A DNA stretch of 64,000 nt from Terrimicrobiaceae bacterium. Its GTDB lineage: Bacteria; Verrucomicrobiota; Verrucomicrobiia; Chthoniobacterales; Terrimicrobiaceae. The stretch is from the NCBI GenBank assembly GCA_044342325.1, contig JBIIPZ010000009.1:19924-83923 (forward strand). The letters are read 5' to 3'. The notes beneath the pieces are model-generated. The model did no database searches. It was not told where the DNA came from and worked only from the letters and a program-made list of their open reading frames with translations. Of the stretch, positions 39,339-48,359 are shown piece after piece. How positions within the stretch are numbered: position 1 is the first letter of the stretch; each line of letters starts with the position of its first letter. Both the position numbers and the translations under genes were made by a program.

Positions 39339-41441
39339 TCAAGCCATGGGTTCCAAAATCCGGAGCCCGCAGCGCGGCAAGGTTATAGTGCCTTGGAGGG
39401 CTTGCCCATCCGGCAGTCCCTTCCCAGCTTGATCCAATCCTACTGTTGCAGGCGCCTCGCCGAAATTCATCAGGAACACGACATCGCCGCCTGAGGCCTT
39501 GCGCCGCGTCGCATAAACCCCCGGCGGGAGTTCCTCAGGCAGGATGCGAGGGATATTTTGCTCATCCAGAAGACTGGAAAAAAGCGCCCGCAGCGTCCGC
39601 AATGGGAAACGACCGCCGAGGTAGATTGCCTGGCCCTTACCGCAGCGATTCACGGTGACGGCCGGCTGCCCCGCAAAAATCCCGCTGGTGAAAGTCGCCC
39701 AAGCCGTCGCTCCTTCAAGGTGGATGGATTCCGCAAATTGCCGGACCTCGACTACCTCGCCATCCGGCAAGCGTGCGCCTACCGACTGGTGTTCTTGCAT
39801 CGAAGTAACTTCTTCCACCCAGATGCCCATGAGCGGGCGAAGCGGCCCCGGTAGACCGCCTAGGTGGCAAAGCCCATTCGGCCCCACCGCGCCGCTCCAG
39901 TAGGTCGTGACAAAGGTTCCTCCCGCCTCGACAAACTCCGCCACGCGACGGGCATTTTCCTCGCGCACGAGATACCACATCGGCGCGACGATCAGTTTTT
40001 TCCCCTCCCACCAGGTTCCATCCGGCGGCACGAAATCCACTGCGACCCGGTTCTCCACCAACGCACGGTAGTAGGGCATGAAGGCCCGCTTGTAGCCGGC
40101 CGGTTTGTTGTGGAAGAGATCGTTCAGAATCCCATTGTCTTCGGTCAGCGCATACATCGCCTCCCAGTCGTGCAGGATAGCCACTTGGGCATCGACCCTC
40201 ATCTCAGCCACGTCGGCGAGCGATTCGAGAAGAGTTCCGATCTCGGCCACTTCGCGAAAGGTGCGGGTGTTTTCGTGGCCGCAATGATCCACAACCGCGC
40301 CATGGTATTTCTCATAGTTCCCACGGCTTTTTCTCCACTGGAAATACTGCACCGAGCGAGCGCCATGGGCCACGGCCTGCATCGCCGAGAGCAATGCGAG
40401 TCCTTGCTCCTTCTGCGGCGAGGCCATGTGCCAATTCGCCGATCCCGGCGTGCTCTCCATCATCAAAAACGGCATCCCGCCCTTGAGGGAACGCATCATG
40501 TCAAAATCGAACGCCGCCTCCATGGCCACGAAGTAGTCACTCGTCGGAGGGAGGCCCAGGCCGTCCTCCTCTGCGGGATTCGGAGCGACCAGCGAGTAGA
40601 AGCCTTGGCGCGGGTCGTGGTGCCAGAAGGGATAGTTGTCGAACGCCACCACATCGAGATGCCGGGAGAACTCCCACAGATCATACAGCTCACGGTGGTA
40701 GTTCGTCGTTACCGGAGTTTCAGGCGTGATCCGCCGCAGCGGCGCGGCCTCGGCTTGGTAACAATCAAGCGTCTGGTAGTTGATGAAGAGGCGCCAATCC
40801 AGCGCCAGCGCGTTGAAAGTATTCTGCCCATGGTCGCACGGCGGTTCGATCTGCGACCAGTCGCTGAATCGCAGGCTCCAGAAATCGGCCCACCACGCCG
40901 TATTGAGCGCGTCGAGCGTCCCGTAGCGCGCCTTCAGCCATCCGCGAAACGCCTCCGCACAGAGCGGGCAGAAACACTCACCTCCGTATTCATTGTTCAC
41001 ATGCCAGAGGATCAGCGCCGGATGCCTCCCGTAGCGCTCCGCGAGCTTGGCATTGATGATCCCGCATTTTTCACGGAAGACCGGCGAGGTCAGGCAGTGG
41101 TTGTGCCGATGTCCAAAAAGGTTCCTAACCCGGTTTTTGCCCATACGCAGCACCTCGGGATACTTCTGCGCCATCCACGCCGGACGCGCTCCGCCGGGCG
41201 TAGCCAGGATAGCGCTCTGCCCGACCGCATGCAGCCGATCGAAAACCTCGTCCAGCCAGTCAAACTCGAATTTCCCTTCCTCCGGCTCCAGCGCACTCCA
41301 GGAAAAAATCCCGATCGACATCACATTCGTATGCGCCAGCGGCATCAACCGGTAGTCCTCGGCGAGGATTTCCGGATAAGCCAGCCATTGGTCGGGATTG
41401 TAGTCGGCTCCGTGAAGGAAGCCCATAGGTAGGTTTTTCAT
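39339..41441 (-). CDS. GH42 beta-galactosidase
   Basis: GADYNPDQW, IFSWSALEPEEG, WHVNNEY (acid/base), MMESTP (nucleophile), YFQWRKSRG, EKYHGA. Confidence 0.95.
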   Translation of the reverse strand: MKNLPMGFLHGADYNPDQWLAYPEILAEDYRLMPLAHTNVMSIGIFSWSALEPEEGKFEFDWLDEVFDRLHAVGQSAILATPGGARPAWMAQKYPEVLRMGKNRVRNLFGHRHNHCLTSPVFREKCGIINAKLAERYGRHPALILWHVNNEYGGECFCPLCAEAFRGWLKARYGTLDALNTAWWADFWSLRFSDWSQIEPPCDHGQNTFNALALDWRLFINYQTLDCYQAEAAPLRRITPETPVTTNYHRELYDLWEFSRHLDVVAFDNYPFWHHDPRQGFYSLVAPNPAEEDGLGLPPTSDYFVAMEAAFDFDMMRSLKGGMPFLMMESTPGSANWHMASPQKEQGLALLSAMQAVAHGARSVQYFQWRKSRGNYEKYHGAVVDHCGHENTRTFREVAEIGTLLESLADVAEMRVDAQVAILHDWEAMYALTEDNGILNDLFHNKPAGYKRAFMPYYRALVENRVAVDFVPPDGTWWEGKKLIVAPMWYLVREENARRVAEFVEAGGTFVTTYWSGAVGPNGLCHLGGLPGPLRPLMGIWVEEVTSMQEHQSVGARLPDGEVVEVRQFAESIHLEGATAWATFTSGIFAGQPAVTVNRCGKGQAIYLGGRFPLRTLRALFSSLLDEQNIPRILPEELPPGVYATRRKASGGDVVFLMNFGEAPATVGLDQAGKGLPDGQALQGTITLPRCGLRILEPMA

Positions 41442-41515
41442 CTTAAAAATTTCGGCAGATCATGATGTTCGCAATGAGCACACAAAAAGCCGCTGCCCAC
41501 GCTGAAGCGCATGTC

Positions 41516-42400
41516 CTATTTTTGATTTTGTCGATTTCGGATTTTGGGAGCGCTGGGAGGGCGGGTGAGTTCGGAATTTTTTTGTTCAAATGCCACGATT
41601 TCATTTTTGATGTCTTCGGGGACGACGGCCCTGAGATCAGGGGATTTGTCGTAGGAGTAGGTATAAATGAAATCGATATCCTCGAAACGAACCGGCAGAC
41701 CGGACTCGGGATTGAGATAGAGCAACAAGATGCCGGTGGAGGTTGGTTGTGGGGATGGCAATGCTTCTCCCGACTGGCCAATGGCTTGACGCATTTCCGC
41801 CAGATCGCGCAGCTGACGCTTGGTTAAAGGCTTCTTCGCGGCATCCATCCTGATAACAAGCCATTTTTTGCCTTCGATGTCTTGAAGTTCCGGAGTCTGA
41901 CCGATAGCCCAGTAGAGTTCTGGAAAATCGCTTTCCTCAAGGTTCCAAGCCCGATTTTGCGAGGAGAGGAGGCGCGAGATTTGGGCCTGTCCTTTGTATT
42001 TGAAATGTTGGTATTGGGAAATAATCCACCAATCCTCTTCCGTCTGGTCGCTATAGCGATTCTGCACGCGATAAATCCCCCGGTCTTTAGTTCCAATGGA
42101 TTGCACGAGCGATATCGCTGATGGCTTTTTTGCATCCGGAGCTGCATTCTCTTTTGATTTAGCAGCGGTGCTGGAGCGGGCATTTGGCTTGGGTGCGATA
42201 GAAACAGTCCACTGGGTTTTATCGGGAGCGCGTAGTTCTTTTAAAGGTTCGACGGTGTTGGCCGCCCATAGACTGCTTGCGCATGCAAAAAATGCACAAT
42301 GCAGAATGAGAAAATCATACGCTCCATTTTTTTGCGGGACAGATGGAGAGTTTGCATCACACTTGAAAAGCCCAACGAGGCTGAGAAAGCGTTTTTTCAT
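41516..42400 (-). CDS. Hypothetical exported protein downstream of the Verru_Chthon cassette
   Basis: ATG 42400, 10 nt after the stop of cassette protein A; signal-like ..FFACASSLWA; no recognisable domain. Confidence 0.6.
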   Translation of the reverse strand: MKKRFLSLVGLFKCDANSPSVPQKNGAYDFLILHCAFFACASSLWAANTVEPLKELRAPDKTQWTVSIAPKPNARSSTAAKSKENAAPDAKKPSAISLVQSIGTKDRGIYRVQNRYSDQTEEDWWIISQYQHFKYKGQAQISRLLSSQNRAWNLEESDFPELYWAIGQTPELQDIEGKKWLVIRMDAAKKPLTKRQLRDLAEMRQAIGQSGEALPSPQPTSTGILLLYLNPESGLPVRFEDIDFIYTYSYDKSPDLRAVVPEDIKNEIVAFEQKNSELTRPPSAPKIRNRQNQK

Positions 42401-42410
42401 AAGGCACGTA

Positions 42411-45400
42411 TTAGTTGCTAATATTTTCTGTAGTTCGGGCCACGACGCGGGCCGTGAAGCGATCGATCGCCACGCACTCCCAGACACGCGACTCGCCTTG
42501 GGGAATGAATTGCCCATTCATCACCGTGCCGCTCTGGGCAACGACATCGATCAAAAAATTCCATGTCCTGACCGTTCCCAAATCGGCAAGCGAGGCCACG
42601 ATTGTGTCACGGTTTCTCTGCAGGGGTTGTTGAGCACTCGCCAGCTTCGAGGCCATTTTCTCGGCAGGCCCCGCGAAAGTGGTGCCGACCACCCAGCGCC
42701 CGACGATTTCGGATCTGTCACTGAGCGTGGAATTTCCCGAGATAAAATTGCTGAATTCCAGAGCCATATTACCGGCGGTCGCGGCATCAATAGTAGAAGT
42801 GCCATCCACCAAACCGGCACCTTGGAGCAGGGCCGACAACACAGGCCGGGAAACCATATTGAGATTGACCCGTCCACCCACCAGATTGTCCGATGGTGCC
42901 TCCTCCAGCGTGAAGAGATCCAGCAAAACCCGATCACCACTTTCGGGTGTCATGAAGTCCAAATTTCTCCACGGCGTTCCACGAAAGACATTCCCGAGTT
43001 CGGCGATTGATCGGAACGGGCGATTTAAAACAATAGGACGGCTGGCCGAGTTGTAGGTTGGGTTGTAGGAAGCTGATGTGTTAGAGGAATTCATTGCCCA
43101 TCCAGCCGATGAATTGTCAGTCGCATAGGCCGCTACCCCCCGGCGCGAAACCCCATCCGGATCCGTGTAGCGAAAGGGATCTGAAGCCACCGAGTTTCGC
43201 TGTAAACGACCGGGGGCGGCGGCAGGCCCGCCCCCAGTCCAACCTCCCGCAAGAGTTGCGCTTGGACTGGTAAGATCAGGATATTTAGTGAGATGTGAAT
43301 AGGTATTTGGCGTTGGATTTGAGGTGATTGAGAAATTTCTAAATTGATAAGGGACGAGATAGGCATTATTGGGTGTGATTGTTGCGTTGGCATTGCCTTG
43401 AGCCCATAGATAAAAAGAACCCCACCGATCAGTCCGCGGATCAACGCGAGTGGCCATATATGCTTCTTGACCGTAGTTTCTACCTATTGGGCTTACAGAT
43501 AGCTGTTGTTTGTCGATCGTCCACCAGTTACCTCCTTGGCCATATTGAAGCTCGAGACTCAATGGCCCGCCCGTGGCGCGATGATATCCACCCCAACTGG
43601 CTCCTCCAAGTTGCCCCGGCATGTATCCAACAACAAAGCCAATGGCTTGCGCTGTTCCAGCGGGAATAGAAGCTCCTGGGGCACTACTAATATCAATGAC
43701 AGGATTGTTTTGGTTCTGAGAAAAGTAAACATCCACAATGGTATCTGGCTGATTTGGAGCCTTGGCGTCACTCACTGACATGTCAGCAGGGTTCGGAGAA
43801 CCTGTGGAGTTACTTCCAACCGGATAGCCCACCTTGGATAGATAAGTGGGTTCCCTGAAAAGCGTGGAATTTCCCAGCGAAAAGGAAATTTGCTGACTCC
43901 CATTATACGTAATATTTTGGGCGCAATTCGGTCCTCCGATGTTGGCAGCCCCAGGCCCATTATTACTTAAATTAGAATAATATATTGATGTCTGATTATT
44001 TGTGATTGGATCCCAAAACCGATTGCCCTCGACACCAAGATCCGCATGTGATTTGGCAGTAATTCGAAAACTTACTGGGCTGGAAATAGTTGAACCAGTA
44101 TTTGAAATATCATGAGGATTCCAAAGCTGCGATTGAATCATCCACACTTGTAATAATAGTGCATTTGTTTTTGGTGCCACAAAATTTGGTGGCACAAAGG
44201 AAGTAAACCATACATCTGTTATCCCCACGCGGAAGGATCTATCAGCCGCCACAAAAAGTTGCGGCAAATCCTCGACCCCATAAAACTCCCTCCCATCAAA
44301 GAGAATACGCGTTGGGTATCCATCCTGATCATATTGATCAATAATGTTGGCAGCGATTTGAATGAGTTGGTAATTCACGGAACCATCCTGGCCGCCTTTT
44401 TGAGCAGGAAATCCTAAACTGGAATAAACTGAAGGAAAAGGAATCCCAAATTGTTTTCCCAAACTCCCAGCGCTGATAGCGGCTTTTAGCAATTCCACAA
44501 AATCTGGCTCGCGATTGGCGGGAATATCGGAAAGCGGGAGAATATCCGAAGGATCGCCATGATCGTATTTCCAACGATTGTTGGCGGAATCCCGTGTCAA
44601 ACCAAAGTATTTGAGAATATCGCTGGCACTAGCGGAGGGATTTGCAGGCGGCACAGGTGTCGAGACCATTGATAATCGAGACAACGGGAAGCGCTTGGTG
44701 ATGGCAGGAGTGCCTCCGGTTTTTGTTATCGTGAGCAAGGAGGGATTCAGAGCATCATCCAGCCCAAAGGCATCGTTGCCACCAGCAGCGAGGTTGTTCA
44801 GAACCTTCGGGCGCCCGGAAGGAGGCTCATGAGTGGGAAGGTCAACATCGCGCGACCAGTGTGTGAGATATTGCAGGGCGGGAATTTGGGTGCCGTTGAC
44901 CGTGAAGGTGCTTGGGTTGGCTCTGGCATATCTGATCAAATCCTGACGACTGGCAAAAAAGCGGTGTATCACCGTTCCATTTTGAAAAAAGGGAATTCGC
45001 CAGCCGGTGCCGAGGTAGTATTTGAAGCTGGTGGAGGCGTTGCTGGTAGTGTCGTAAGACAATGTGGCCCAATCGCCAGGAATCCTCCAAGTGGGCGGCC
45101 AGGAGAGGCTGTTGTTTGATTTGGTGGCCGAGGCGGAAATGCCGGGAATCGCATCGAGGACGGCGGCGGCGGGCGTCCCTTTGGTTTTTTTATTAGCGTC
45201 GGCGTAGGCGCCGCCATGGCCGAAAGCGTTGATGTCAAGGAGGCCTCCGAGATTGTAGGCGTTGAAGGCGAAACGGCCCACCGTCGTGGAGGCATTGGCC
45301 GTGGCGGAGGTTGTTCCATCCCGGTTCAAATAAATCCAAGTAGGAACAGTATTTGTTGAGATAAATCCATCACCACCGAGGAGCATTGGGGCATTCCATG

Positions 45401-45827
45401 CTGTCGTGCCGATGGAGCGCCCGTTGGGCGCGGGGTCAGCGGAGCTGTTACCTCCAAAGCTTTGCAAAACCAGGTTCAGGAATTGAGTGTCGTTCGCAAG
45501 GTTGCCATGGACGCTTCGCAGCGGCACCATGTTTGTGGCATTCTTAGGCCGGTAGATGGTGGAGTTTCCGACAGCGAGAACGGTGGAATTTGTAACGATG
45601 TCCGAAAGAAACTGTGTTGTGACATAGTCCACCCCGGTGCGGGTGAGTTGCGCGGATTGCACCTGGTTGGCCCGGGAGGACTCCACTAAGCGGTTGCCCG
45701 TGGCGCGCGAGAAAAAGGCCATAGCGGCCATCGTGACTAAGACAATGGCGGCCAAAGTAACAATCAAAGCAACGCCGCTCTCGGATGCGGAGAATCGGGA
45801 AGTCCTGGAAGCGGCCGTGTTTTTCAT
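42411..45827 (-). CDS. Verru_Chthon cassette protein A-like (PilX-type N-terminus, large)
   Basis: ESGVALIVTLAAIVLV pilin-like N-terminus; VGRFAF, QIAANIIDQYD, RPFRSIAELG, GRVNLN, GESRVWECVAIDR. Confidence 0.8.
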   Translation of the reverse strand: MKNTAASRTSRFSASESGVALIVTLAAIVLVTMAAMAFFSRATGNRLVESSRANQVQSAQLTRTGVDYVTTQFLSDIVTNSTVLAVGNSTIYRPKNATNMVPLRSVHGNLANDTQFLNLVLQSFGGNSSADPAPNGRSIGTTAWNAPMLLGGDGFISTNTVPTWIYLNRDGTTSATANASTTVGRFAFNAYNLGGLLDINAFGHGGAYADANKKTKGTPAAAVLDAIPGISASATKSNNSLSWPPTWRIPGDWATLSYDTTSNASTSFKYYLGTGWRIPFFQNGTVIHRFFASRQDLIRYARANPSTFTVNGTQIPALQYLTHWSRDVDLPTHEPPSGRPKVLNNLAAGGNDAFGLDDALNPSLLTITKTGGTPAITKRFPLSRLSMVSTPVPPANPSASASDILKYFGLTRDSANNRWKYDHGDPSDILPLSDIPANREPDFVELLKAAISAGSLGKQFGIPFPSVYSSLGFPAQKGGQDGSVNYQLIQIAANIIDQYDQDGYPTRILFDGREFYGVEDLPQLFVAADRSFRVGITDVWFTSFVPPNFVAPKTNALLLQVWMIQSQLWNPHDISNTGSTISSPVSFRITAKSHADLGVEGNRFWDPITNNQTSIYYSNLSNNGPGAANIGGPNCAQNITYNGSQQISFSLGNSTLFREPTYLSKVGYPVGSNSTGSPNPADMSVSDAKAPNQPDTIVDVYFSQNQNNPVIDISSAPGASIPAGTAQAIGFVVGYMPGQLGGASWGGYHRATGGPLSLELQYGQGGNWWTIDKQQLSVSPIGRNYGQEAYMATRVDPRTDRWGSFYLWAQGNANATITPNNAYLVPYQFRNFSITSNPTPNTYSHLTKYPDLTSPSATLAGGWTGGGPAAAPGRLQRNSVASDPFRYTDPDGVSRRGVAAYATDNSSAGWAMNSSNTSASYNPTYNSASRPIVLNRPFRSIAELGNVFRGTPWRNLDFMTPESGDRVLLDLFTLEEAPSDNLVGGRVNLNMVSRPVLSALLQGAGLVDGTSTIDAATAGNMALEFSNFISGNSTLSDRSEIVGRWVVGTTFAGPAEKMASKLASAQQPLQRNRDTIVASLADLGTVRTWNFLIDVVAQSGTVMNGQFIPQGESRVWECVAIDRFTARVVARTTENISN

Positions 45828-45830
45828 GCC

Positions 45831-46640
45831 TTACGGAAGCGGAATGGTTTTGTTCAGGATTCGGATGGCAGACTTGGCGGGGAGCGGGATATTTGCGGAG
45901 TCAATGGCCGATCGCCAAAGCGTAGGATTGCTTTCGAGTGCTGTTTGGGCGGTGGCGAGGTTTCCAGCGCCCTCCAGAATCCGCCTGTTTTGTTCATCGA
46001 CTGCGGCGATCCAGACCTCGAGCGCTTGAGCCCGGTTGGTCAATGAGGAGGCGAAGGCAGGCGAGGCAGTGATGAGAGCCTTCCACCTGGCGGGAACGGC
46101 CAAGCCATTGTAGAGCGCCGTGGCATAGTTGGCGCTGTCAGTATTGGTCGTGGCCTGCGGACCCGAGGTGGTTATCACCCGAAGATTCAGACCAAGGATG
46201 CCGTCAGTCAGACTGGTTACTGAGGCACCATTCGTATCCTGTGCCGCCGTCAGGAGATCAGCCTCGTTAAAGGAGACAGAGCGGTAGGTTCGCACGAGCT
46301 GGGTGCCGTTTAAACTATAAGTCACAGCAAGAAAGCGGTGGTTGGAGATATTGGTGCCGCGTCGGTCGGTGATCAGGGCGAGATTCGCAGGGCTGGCAAG
46401 GATGGCGGAGCTCTCTCCAATAATGGCTCCAGAAAGGTCAACAGCCATGATATCCAGAGCACGGCGGGCCGCGCCCACAGACTCCATTTGTTGCGATTGC
46501 ATGCGCGCGGATTGGAGGACTCCATTTACCACCTGCAAAAGTATTGCCAAGACCATTGCCAGCACAGCCATAGCAGAAAGCAACTCTATAAGCGAGAATG
46601 CAGGCATTGCGCGTTTGAAATATGCTCCAGAAGTCATCAT
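45831..46640 (-). CDS. Verru_Chthon cassette protein C-like / PilW-type minor pilin
   Basis: AFSLIELLSAMAVL prepilin motif; ARRALDIMAVDL; ATGA overlap. Confidence 0.8.
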   Translation of the reverse strand: MMTSGAYFKRAMPAFSLIELLSAMAVLAMVLAILLQVVNGVLQSARMQSQQMESVGAARRALDIMAVDLSGAIIGESSAILASPANLALITDRRGTNISNHRFLAVTYSLNGTQLVRTYRSVSFNEADLLTAAQDTNGASVTSLTDGILGLNLRVITTSGPQATTNTDSANYATALYNGLAVPARWKALITASPAFASSLTNRAQALEVWIAAVDEQNRRILEGAGNLATAQTALESNPTLWRSAIDSANIPLPAKSAIRILNKTIPLP

Positions 46641-47134
46641 GGCCTTGGTAGAAATCGCACGCTGGTTGTGAGCTGTCCTTCGGCATTGCTCCACTGGGAT
46701 TCGCTCCAAACCAAATTTATCGATTGGGCCGGCCACGCGATGGAAATCAAAGCCGCACCATTAGTGTTTGAGTTGCTCGGAGGTGTAATGACGAGACGGG
46801 CCTTCAGACGAGCGGATGCAGCGTTAGTTGCACCTCCATTCAGGTCAAGGGCATCCCAGGCAATATTGGTTTGGGCACCTGCGATCGTGTAGACGATGGA
46901 TTGGCCTGCGAAGGAGTTGGAAAAAGTGGTGGGATTAACCTTCTCGGCGCTTCGCAATGCATGGGCGATGCCGTTTACGAGATTGGCGGCGGCAGATTGC
47001 TCGCTGGCGTTTTTAATGGATTTCATTCCCACAGGAAGCAAGCCCACAATCGCAAGGAGGGCAAAGCTTGCGATGCCGATGGCCATCACGACTTCGACCA
47101 AGGAAAACCCGGTTTTCTTGGACTTTATCCTCAT
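46637..47134 (-). CDS. Verru_Chthon cassette protein B-like / PilV-type minor pilin
   Basis: GFSLVEVVMAIGIASFALLAIVGLLPVG. Confidence 0.85.
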   Translation of the reverse strand: MRIKSKKTGFSLVEVVMAIGIASFALLAIVGLLPVGMKSIKNASEQSAAANLVNGIAHALRSAEKVNPTTFSNSFAGQSIVYTIAGAQTNIAWDALDLNGGATNAASARLKARLVITPPSNSNTNGAALISIAWPAQSINLVWSESQWSNAEGQLTTSVRFLPRP

Positions 47135-47829
47135 TGCTTACGAAATATGGCTGGAATGCCGGTGCTGCCATCGACAACAACAGCGATGTCGTTATTCGTG
47201 GATTCGCTGATGCCACGACAAGTGCGCAACCCAATTAGGATTTGAGATTCGAAGGTAGTCGCAATACTCGGAAACCCCGTGAGCATTGCCTCGCCCGTTG
47301 GCGTGAAGGTAATTGTTGTGTTACTGAAACTTTGTGAACCTACCGAGAAAGATGCACCGGCTCTATTGGTTGCCAATGCCATTGCGCCGGAGTATTTTGT
47401 AGCGCTTGTTCCCGTGTTTACAATTTCAACCAAACCAACATGTTCTAATAAAATCGGGCGAGAAACTGGTTGAATGTTGGCAGCACCATTATTAGTTGAA
47501 CCATCCTTTGAGTAAACGATCCCCAGATTAAGGTTGCGGTTGCCGAAGTTGGTAGCATTCTGTAATCCAAGCCAAACGAAAGTTCGCCGAGCAACAGCCT
47601 CACTACGAGATAATTCAATGGCATCTGATATTTTATAACTTGCATCCATCGCCCCGCGTGCTGCCCCTATAGAATTAAACGCCGGAACGACTAGTGACGC
47701 CAATATTCCAAAGATTGCCAAGACAACGAGCAGTTCCATCACAGTAAATCCCTCGCCGCCATTCGTTCTGATTCCGGACGATAGTGCACCGTTCAAGCTC
47801 GTGTGACAGGAAAAATAAGGGGGGTGCAT
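47131..47829 (-). CDS. Verru_Chthon cassette protein D-like / FimT-GspH-type minor pilin
   Basis: GFTVMELLVVLAIFGILASLVVPA, SRSEAV, ITFTPTG. Start codon uncertain. Confidence 0.82.
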   Translation of the reverse strand: MHPPYFSCHTSLNGALSSGIRTNGGEGFTVMELLVVLAIFGILASLVVPAFNSIGAARGAMDASYKISDAIELSRSEAVARRTFVWLGLQNATNFGNRNLNLGIVYSKDGSTNNGAANIQPVSRPILLEHVGLVEIVNTGTSATKYSGAMALATNRAGASFSVGSQSFSNTTITFTPTGEAMLTGFPSIATTFESQILIGLRTCRGISESTNNDIAVVVDGSTGIPAIFRKQ

Positions 47830-47858
47830 GATTGAAGGCCGGACTAATTTAAAGCATA

Positions 47859-47887
47859 AATCTAAGCTGGCGCTCCGCAAAGGTCAA
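47859..47887 (-). promoter_or_regulatory. Sigma70-type promoter of the pilin cassette
   Basis: TTGACC (47887-47882), 17 nt spacer, TAGATT (47864-47859). Confidence 0.6.
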
Positions 47888-47892
47888 TAAAA

Positions 47893-47908
47893 ATACAATT
47901 GTTTGCAT
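47893..47908. promoter_or_regulatory. Operator palindrome ATACAATTGTTTGCAT
   Basis: Consensus match with extended inverted flanks (ATAAAA...TTTTAT), between the divergent pilin cassette and rhaM. Confidence 0.65.
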
Positions 47909-47937
47909 TTTATGGGCAGGGATTATAAAAATGGTCT

Positions 47938-48267
47938 ATGAGCAATTCCTCCAGAATCCGCAAAGCATTCCTCCTTCAAATAAAAACCGGTGCAGCCGAT
48001 GAATATATCCGTCGCCACAGCCCGATCTGGCCTGAGCTTGAAGCCACGCTCCGTGAACACGGCGTCTCCAACTACTCGATCCACCTCAACGCGGAAACCA
48101 ACGAGCTTTTCGGTTATGCGGAGATCGAGAGCGAGGAGCGGTGGAACGCGATCGCTCTAACCGATGTCTGCCAGCGCTGGTGGGCCCACATGGCCGATCT
48201 CATGGCGACCAATCCGGATGGTTCGCCCGCAAGCAAGCCGCTTGCGGAATGCTTCCACATGGCCTGA
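47938..48267 (+). CDS. rhaM: L-rhamnose mutarotase
   Basis: [38 protein letters not shown]. Confidence 0.93.
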   Translation: MSNSSRIRKAFLLQIKTGAADEYIRRHSPIWPELEATLREHGVSNYSIHLNAETNELFGYAEIESEERWNAIALTDVCQRWWAHMADLMATNPDGSPASKPLAECFHMA

Positions 48268-48359
48268 TCCAAAAAGGCGACCGGTTTGAAAGGAAATAGA
48301 AATCGCGGTAGGGTTACATCATCGCCACAGTCGCGACGATCACCTCGTTTGTTTTTAAC

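Noticed and set aside
39864..41432. Long antisense ORFs (e.g. 39864..41432 +, 4225..5736 -, 20811..22067 +)
   Set aside because: Shadows of well-supported genes in GC-rich DNA; no motifs of their own.
41484..41512. Intrinsic terminator after the pilin cassette (GC-rich then T5 on the minus strand)
   Set aside because: Only about a 4-bp stem can be formed; unconvincing.
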